A stretch of 64,000 nucleotides of DNA from Methanobacteriota archaeon (GTDB lineage Archaea > Thermoplasmatota > Thermoplasmata > SG8-5 > JAGLSY01): positions 55,304 to 119,303 of the forward strand of contig JAEHCO010000005.1 of NCBI GenBank assembly GCA_020697715.1, read 5' to 3'. The notes under the pieces were generated by a model that made no database searches, was not told where the DNA came from, and saw only the letters and a list, made by a program, of their open reading frames with translations. Below, piece by piece: positions 58,088-64,000 of this stretch; position 1 is the stretch's first letter; the number at the start of each line of letters is the position of its first letter. The position numbers and the translations under genes are program-made.

Positions 58088-58387
58088 TCAAATATCTGTA
58101 TTTCTGTAACGATCGGCCAGCTCCCCGGTCTTCCCCTTATTCCAGGATCCGACCTTGGAAAAGAAACCAGTCACCCTTGTGATATTCTCGATATTCTTCC
58201 CCTGTCTGGAATGTACCAGTAGGGCATTGATATCATGAGCCGAGATAGCCGAATTTGTGAAATGCGTCTCCGCGTCGTATAATTTGTTCCTGACAAAGAT
58301 CCCATCCTTGCCATCATGGACTCCCTCGGCCCATTCATACTCTTCTCCTCGCGCACTTAAGAAATCTGTGAATTCTTCGACCTTCAT
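58088..58387 (-). CDS. Stand-alone NrdD-like glycyl-radical domain protein (99 aa)
   Basis: ITRVTGFFSKVGSWNKGKTGELADR matches the class III ribonucleotide reductase C-terminal R(V/I)xG(Y/F)..W NxGK..E..DR loop. No catalytic barrel. Confidence 0.8.
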   Translation of the reverse strand: MKVEEFTDFLSARGEEYEWAEGVHDGKDGIFVRNKLYDAETHFTNSAISAHDINALLVHSRQGKNIENITRVTGFFSKVGSWNKGKTGELADRYRNTDI

Positions 58388-58402
58388 CTTGCACCCATCC
58401 TT

Positions 58403-58521
58403 GATATTGAGATATCCCAGATATTGAGATATCCTAGATATTGAGATATCCTTGATATTGAGATATCCCAGATATTGAGATATCCTTGATATTGAGATAT
58501 CCCAGATATTGAGATATCCTA
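58403..58521. repeat. Tandem array of 7 x 17 bp: GATATTGAGATATCC + (CA/TA/TT)
   Basis: Units start at 58403, 58420, 58437, 58454, 58471, 58488 and 58505, with partial copies on both flanks. Confidence 0.97.
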
Positions 58522-58603
58522 GATACTGATATCATACGAGTATGGAAATAAGATATAAAATCGTGACGCCTATGTGTGCGCGTATATGCATAGCCAATGC
58601 CTA

Positions 58604-59368
58604 TTATTCTGTGGAAGATTTATCTGTTTCATCTTCTGTTTCATCTTCTGTTTCATCATTAATAATTTTCCTGTTCTTCAAATATCTGATAATAAGGAAA
58701 GTGATGATACCCAGCAATACGAAAGTGCCGATGAGATAGGAAACCGTGGAGCCGAATATATCCAGTATCTGCTCCCCAATATAGTAAGATGGGATCGCGA
58801 TAGCGAAGCATCCGATGGTGGAGCCTCCAAAAACAGACATCAGAACATTATCATCATCCATCCCGCCAAAGATCCCGAAGATGGTCGCCATTATTCCGCC
58901 ACTTCCTTGGAATGGAAGCGCCACATACGCGGCCAGACCATAGCGGGCCAACTTTCTCTTATCAGGTTTGTCTTCGAGCTTCTTCCTACCCAGCTCCTCA
59001 AAGGACAGGACGAACTTCCCTATCTTCGGTATCTTGGTTATAAGGTCAAAGTTCCAGATTATGAATACCGAGCACATGACATCCACGAATATCACGGATG
59101 TGGCTACCAGGATTATCGCATAAATAGCAAATGGAGGCGTGGCCAGATCAAGAAGGGCGAGCATCGCACCTGGTATCAGGACCTCCTTTCCCAAAGGTGA
59201 TATGAAATATGAAAGGATCAACACCCCGACGATCATCCATATACTATTTCTAACAAGGCTAAAAAGTACAAAGAGGTATATGGCACTTATCAGAATAGGC
59301 AAGAAAAAATTCATGAGTGCCTTCAAGATGGCATTTCTCCTTTCCACTTTCTTATTCTTCTTCTTCAT
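58604..59368 (-). CDS. Putative small multi-drug export family membrane protein
   Basis: SPLGKEVLIP, GLAAYVALPFQGSGG and multiple TM segments; acidic DETE repeats at the C-terminus. Confidence 0.8.
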   Translation of the reverse strand: MKKKNKKVERRNAILKALMNFFLPILISAIYLFVLFSLVRNSIWMIVGVLILSYFISPLGKEVLIPGAMLALLDLATPPFAIYAIILVATSVIFVDVMCSVFIIWNFDLITKIPKIGKFVLSFEELGRKKLEDKPDKRKLARYGLAAYVALPFQGSGGIMATIFGIFGGMDDDNVLMSVFGGSTIGCFAIAIPSYYIGEQILDIFGSTVSYLIGTFVLLGIITFLIIRYLKNRKIINDETEDETEDETDKSSTE

Positions 59369-59374
59369 TGAACG

Positions 59375-59938
59375 TCAATCCTTTTCCAGCTCCATCATTT
59401 CAGCCAATTTATCAAAGGCTCTGGACCTGTGCGACATCTTATTCTTCTCTTCCAGGCTCATCTCGGCAAATGTTCGATCATGGCCTTCAGGTACGAAGAT
59501 CGGATCAAAGCCAAAGCCCGTTGTGCCCTTTTCCTCCTTCGAGATATGACCATCCACACGCCCCTTGGCCACCAATACCTGCCCCTTCTCATCGATGTAC
59601 CCGGCGCAGCATTCGAAATGCGCCGGTCTTTCAGTATCCGAATGCATGAGATCCAATATTCCCTGACATCCCAGTGTGTGAAGGACATAGGCAGAATAAA
59701 CTCCTGGAAATCCCTCTTTGTTATCCAGGAATATGCCAGAATCATCTATCATCAGAGGGCGAGCGTGCTCCTTCCACAAATGAGTGAGACCAGCCTCAAC
59801 CACCTCTTCCAGGGTGTCGGCCTGGATCTCCGGGTATGGGGCTATCAATTGTTCGACCTCGACACCAAAATGTGAAAATCTCTCCTGAACCTCTATCAGC
59901 TTGCCCTTATTGCTTGTGGCGAACCATATCGTACTCAT
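59375..59938 (-). CDS. rdgB: Non-canonical purine NTP pyrophosphatase (RdgB/HAM1)
   Basis: FATSNKGKL, DDSG, GFPGVYS, GFGFDPIF and EKNKMSHRSRA. Confidence 0.95.
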   Translation of the reverse strand: MSTIWFATSNKGKLIEVQERFSHFGVEVEQLIAPYPEIQADTLEEVVEAGLTHLWKEHARPLMIDDSGIFLDNKEGFPGVYSAYVLHTLGCQGILDLMHSDTERPAHFECCAGYIDEKGQVLVAKGRVDGHISKEEKGTTGFGFDPIFVPEGHDRTFAEMSLEEKNKMSHRSRAFDKLAEMMELEKD

Positions 59939-60549
59939 GAATATCTTCCTCTTTTCTCTATATTCTTGACAATGGCCAGTATCCGATGGCCATCCTCATA
60001 AGCATCCAGATAACCTTTGGTCACACTGTCAAAGAGCTTGGGGAATTCCGAATGGGCACTGTCCATCGCTTCCTTCAAAAGATGAAGGTCCACTCCCTTT
60101 CTCTCGGGCTCATGGCTTTTCTCTCCAAGACCGAAGTCAATGAAATAAGCCACTTCATCTCTAAATATCATATTGGAAGTGGTAAGGTCTCCATGGATAA
60201 TGTCATTCTTATGCATCGCGCCCACTGACCGTCCTATCTTCTCAGCCAGTTCTAGCCTATCATCTCTATTCTGAAGAAGGGTTTTGGCCAGATCACCATC
60301 GATGTATTCCATCACCATTATGAAATTAGAGACATCGATGTCATATACAATGGGAGTGGCGATACCAAATTGCTTGGCCTCGGACAAGAGAGATGCTTCT
60401 CGTTTGGTTCGAGATGTTCTCAGTGTCATATCCAATGATCCATCCCTGTAGCTCTTGGGTGACCTTTCCTTGAATATGACATCTCGACCATGCCATTGGC
60501 CTCGTGTGATAGTGGCCTCCGCCCCGCGCTTTGTCATGGTATTATCCAT
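59935..60549 (-). CDS. bud32: KEOPS complex kinase/ATPase Bud32
   Basis: GAEA, KERSPKSYR, RTKREA, IIHGDLTTSNM, FIDFGLG and IEKRGRY. Confidence 0.93.
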   Translation of the reverse strand: MDNTMTKRGAEATITRGQWHGRDVIFKERSPKSYRDGSLDMTLRTSRTKREASLLSEAKQFGIATPIVYDIDVSNFIMVMEYIDGDLAKTLLQNRDDRLELAEKIGRSVGAMHKNDIIHGDLTTSNMIFRDEVAYFIDFGLGEKSHEPERKGVDLHLLKEAMDSAHSEFPKLFDSVTKGYLDAYEDGHRILAIVKNIEKRGRYS

Positions 60550-60683
60550 ATGATGGTGAATCCCCTAGGTGTTATAAATATTGTTTCTGCTCAGGGCTAA
60601 TTGAATACAAATATGATACAGATCATAGAGTTGGCAAAGATGGCCAGTAAGTGATGATCGGTTATCCGGTGCTTGAGATCGGC

Positions 60684-61190
60684 TCATTCAATAGGTGGTA
60701 TTGATAGGAGCTCCTGCAAATTATCCATGACGGCCAGGCCTTTGATCACATCTTTTCTTGTGATTATACCGACCAGCTTGTCATCCTTCAATACAGGGAT
60801 CCGATTGACGGATTTCTTGTTCATGATATCAATGACATGACTTACACTATCATCTTCCTGTATGGTATATGGCTCGGGGTTCATCAGATCAGATACCTGC
60901 GAATTGGCGATATCGATGAAAGCTTCTTTGGCCTCTTTGTCATCAAATTTTTCGACAAAGGAAACACTGACCATCGATAGAGACGGGTAGATCATTTCCA
61001 GTCTCTTGTACCTGACCTTCATGGCATTGAGTATGTCCTTCTCGCTCAGAATTCCCACTAATTTACCTTCACCATCAACGACAGGCGCGCCAGATATTCC
61101 TCTACTGGCGAGCTTCTCCACGGCCATGCTGATAGTATCCTCGCCATGGAGATAGATCACATCATCCGTCATTATTTTACTTGCTTTCAT
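60684..61190 (-). CDS. CBS domain-pair protein
   Basis: ISGAPVVDGEGKLVGILSEKDI and VNRIPVL..KLVGIITRKDVI. Confidence 0.92.
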   Translation of the reverse strand: MKASKIMTDDVIYLHGEDTISMAVEKLASRGISGAPVVDGEGKLVGILSEKDILNAMKVRYKRLEMIYPSLSMVSVSFVEKFDDKEAKEAFIDIANSQVSDLMNPEPYTIQEDDSVSHVIDIMNKKSVNRIPVLKDDKLVGIITRKDVIKGLAVMDNLQELLSIPPIE

Positions 61191-62486
61191 TCAAGCCTTC
61201 CTCTTATCATGAACTCTTTTTGCCTTGCCTTCGCTTCTTGGCAAGGTGCCTGGATCCATAAGCTCGATCCTCGCTCTTACTGTCAGAACAGCCTGTAGCT
61301 CGCCCTCCAGCTTCTTCGCGAAGCCAGCCGGGTCATAGTCTGGTGAATTGAATAGTTCGGGTGTTACTTCGACCTGAACATGCATGCTATCAAGAATATC
61401 CCTGTCAATGATTATCAGGTACTGGTCACCCACGCCCTTGATGTTCATGAGAACGTGTTCCACCTGGCTTGGGAATACATTCACGCCTCCGATTATCAGC
61501 ATGTCGTCGCTTCTGCCCTTGATCCTCATTATCCTTGGATGGGATCTACCGCATGCGCATTGCTCATAATTGATAACAGCCAGATCCTTCGTTCTGTATC
61601 TCAATAATGGCATCGCTTCCCGTGTGAGCATGGTGAATACAAGCTCGCCTTTTTCACCTTCTGGAAGAACTTCTCCAGTGTCGGTGTCAATGGTCTCTAC
61701 AAGGAACTCGTCGCTCCATATATGAAGACCATTCTGTTCTTTGCACTCGACAGCCACGCCAGGGCCATAAAGTTCGCTCATTCCAAAGCAATCATAGGCC
61801 TTTATTCCAAGGGAATCTTCTATTCTCTTCCTTGCCTCTTCGGACCATGGCTCGGCTCCGAACATTCCCACTTTGATATTGAAATCCTCTTTCGCATTGT
61901 AGCCTTCCTTCTCGGCCGCCTCAGCCAAATAAAGGGCATAAGAGGGTGTGCAGGCAATGACCGTGGACTGCATGTCCTTGAGCATCATCAACTGCTTCTT
62001 GGTATTGCCAGTGCTTATCGGGATCACTGTCGCGCCCAGCTTTTCAGCTCCATAATGGAACCCAAGACCGCCTGTGAACAATCCATAACCATAGCAGTTC
62101 TGGACTATATCGCCCTTGACTACACCTGCAGAGGAATAGCATCTGGCCATTAGAGTGGTCCATGTATCCATGTCCTGTTCGGTGTAAGTGACGACAGTTG
62201 GTTTTCCAGTTGTTCCTGAGGAAGCATGCATCCTGACGATCTTTTCCAGGGGAACTGCTCTGATGCCATATGGATAATGCTGTCTTAGATCGTCCTTGAC
62301 AGTGAAAGGCACTTTGTGGGCATCCTCCAGACCTTGGATATCGTCTGGTGTTATGCCAGCCTCATCGAATTTCTTCTTGTACATTGGCACATTGTCATAG
62401 GCATATTTCACCATCTTGACAAATCTCTCTGATTGCAGTTTCCTTATCTCTGGAAGTTTCATATTTTCTATATCTGGCTGATACAT
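61191..62486 (-). CDS. paaK: Phenylacetate--CoA ligase family protein
   Basis: HASSGTTGKPT, YGYGLFTGGLGFHYG, GAEPWS, FGMSEL, LRYRT, GRSDDMLIIGGVNVFPSQ and GKAKRV. Confidence 0.93.
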   Translation of the reverse strand: MYQPDIENMKLPEIRKLQSERFVKMVKYAYDNVPMYKKKFDEAGITPDDIQGLEDAHKVPFTVKDDLRQHYPYGIRAVPLEKIVRMHASSGTTGKPTVVTYTEQDMDTWTTLMARCYSSAGVVKGDIVQNCYGYGLFTGGLGFHYGAEKLGATVIPISTGNTKKQLMMLKDMQSTVIACTPSYALYLAEAAEKEGYNAKEDFNIKVGMFGAEPWSEEARKRIEDSLGIKAYDCFGMSELYGPGVAVECKEQNGLHIWSDEFLVETIDTDTGEVLPEGEKGELVFTMLTREAMPLLRYRTKDLAVINYEQCACGRSHPRIMRIKGRSDDMLIIGGVNVFPSQVEHVLMNIKGVGDQYLIIIDRDILDSMHVQVEVTPELFNSPDYDPAGFAKKLEGELQAVLTVRARIELMDPGTLPRSEGKAKRVHDKRKA

Positions 62487-62714
62487 TCGATCCCTCGTGG
62501 GATGCGAAGGCGAGAATATCTAAATAGTTTACGGTGGAAGTATATACATTTCATAATTAGGGGGTGGGTGAATTCGATAATTATTCATGGCGGGGGCGGA
62601 GCTGTGGGATAATGGCATGTAAATCACTCTCTATAACCCTACACACCACCACACCCTCAAAATACCCATACCCATAAACACCTTAATATTCCATGAAGCC
62701 TTATCCAGACTCAT

Positions 62715-63941
62715 ATGAATATCAAAATTCTCGGAGGAGCCAGCGAGGTAGGCAGTTATGCTGTCCTTATAGAGGACGATGACATCAAATTGCTTGTCGA
62801 TAATGGTCTGACACCCTCAAAACCTCCTAAATATCCTAAAAAGCCACCCCAGGTGGATCTGGCATTTCTGAGCCACGCCCATATCGATCATTCTGGAATG
62901 ATACCATGGCTGTCAATGGAATACGGCAATGATGTTATCGCGACAGAACCCACGATAACAGTTGGCTCCATGCTTCTCGAGGATACGGTCAAAGTATCGG
63001 CCTCGGAAGGATATCCAGTCCCCTACGAGAAGAAAGATGTCAAGGCCATGAGGAGGCATTTTCAGATAGCCACCTATGGTGATGTCATCGACATCGGAGG
63101 AATGGAGGTAGAGCTTCATTCAGCTGGACATATTCCTGGATCGACCATGTTCGATATTCAGGGTTCGAAGAAGGTCATGGTGACCGCTGATATCAATACA
63201 CTGGATACTCATCTTGTAAAAAAGGCCGAGCCGGAGAAATGCGATGTCCTGGTCATGGAAAGTACCTATGCGGGAAGAAATCATCCGCCCAGGGACGAGA
63301 CCGAGAAACAATTCATAGAGAAGATAGGGAATATCATTGACAGGGGCGGACTCGCGATAGTTCCATCCTTTGCTGTTGGCCGTTCACAGGAAATATTGAT
63401 GATACTCATGGATGCGGGTTACGAGGTGTGGCTGGATGGCATGGGAAGAGCAGTCGCTCGTGAATTCCTGCCATTGGAGAAATATCTGGGATCTGCACCT
63501 GACCTGAGGAGAGCGATGAGCCAGACCAATATGGTCAGGCACAGAGACCAGAGAAAGGAAGCACTCAAAGGCCAGGTCATTGTAACAACCAGCGGCATGC
63601 TGGATGGAGGGCCTGTGCATGAGTACCTGAAGCATCTGAAAGATGATAAGAATAGCGCAGTCTTACTTACAGGATTCCAAGTAGAGGAGACCAATGGCCG
63701 TTCACTTTTGGAGAATGGCACTATCAAGCTCTATGGTGTTGATACGACCATAGAATGTGAGGTGGGTTTCTTTGATTTCTCCGCACATGCGGATCATGAT
63801 GAGCTCGTCAAGTTCGCCAAGGCCTGTGATCCCGAGAAGGTGATACTCACCCACGGTGATGATAGGGAAGCTTTGAAAGAAGACCTTAAGGACTTCGAGG
63901 TAATACTTCCGATAGAGGGCGACGATATACCTTTGGATTAA
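62715..63941 (+). CDS. Beta-CASP metallo-beta-lactamase ribonuclease (aCPSF2-like, no KH domains)
   Basis: SHAHIDHSG, AGHIPGS, MESTY, FAVGRSQE, SGML and FSAHAD..THG. Confidence 0.92.
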   Translation: MNIKILGGASEVGSYAVLIEDDDIKLLVDNGLTPSKPPKYPKKPPQVDLAFLSHAHIDHSGMIPWLSMEYGNDVIATEPTITVGSMLLEDTVKVSASEGYPVPYEKKDVKAMRRHFQIATYGDVIDIGGMEVELHSAGHIPGSTMFDIQGSKKVMVTADINTLDTHLVKKAEPEKCDVLVMESTYAGRNHPPRDETEKQFIEKIGNIIDRGGLAIVPSFAVGRSQEILMILMDAGYEVWLDGMGRAVAREFLPLEKYLGSAPDLRRAMSQTNMVRHRDQRKEALKGQVIVTTSGMLDGGPVHEYLKHLKDDKNSAVLLTGFQVEETNGRSLLENGTIKLYGVDTTIECEVGFFDFSAHADHDELVKFAKACDPEKVILTHGDDREALKEDLKDFEVILPIEGDDIPLD

Positions 63942-64000
63942 TACAAAGATTTATTAGGCCTCGAGGAATCACGGATTTGGTTCATATGTCAAGTAGAAAA

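Noticed and set aside
58403-58521. CRISPR array
   Set aside because: Units are head-to-tail 17-mers with only 2 variable bases; there are no unique spacers and no cas operon in the window.
58574-59200. 208-aa plus-strand ORF with FCFI repeats
   Set aside because: It is antisense to the membrane exporter gene; the repeats mirror that gene's DETE-coding 12-mers.

Overview
Chromosomal window from an archaeon, most likely an anaerobic Thermoplasmata-type lineage. This is inferred from the archaeal information genes (rps6e-eIF2gamma-PIN, rpoK-eno-rps2, rpl18e-rpl13-rps9-rpoN, Bud32, XPD, archaeal-type IleRS, RbkR), BRE/TATA promoters and a PEF-CTERM surface protein. Most of the window is housekeeping, nitrogen and peptide metabolism. 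No integrase, transposase or CRISPR array is visible. The best candidate for an undescribed system is at 1-7785: glutamate dehydrogenase followed by two tandem ~1000-aa dikinase-like proteins. Both have an ATP-grasp domain and a putative phospho-His swivel but no PEP-binding barrel; one carries receiver-like domains and the other a C-terminal nucleotidyltransferase. A metallophosphoesterase converges on them, suggesting a possible writer/eraser covalent-modification module. Other leads: a stand-alone NrdD-type glycyl-radical peptide behind a 7x17-bp tandem array, a STAND-TPR ATPase with a longin/roadblock-like insert, a doubly anchored surface protein with GxVNGx repeats, a permuted ribosomal superoperon with structured junction elements, dispersed REP-like hairpins shared by the glnA and rps6e leaders, and two small genes missing from the ORF track. 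All family calls come from motif recognition by eye; no searches were run.
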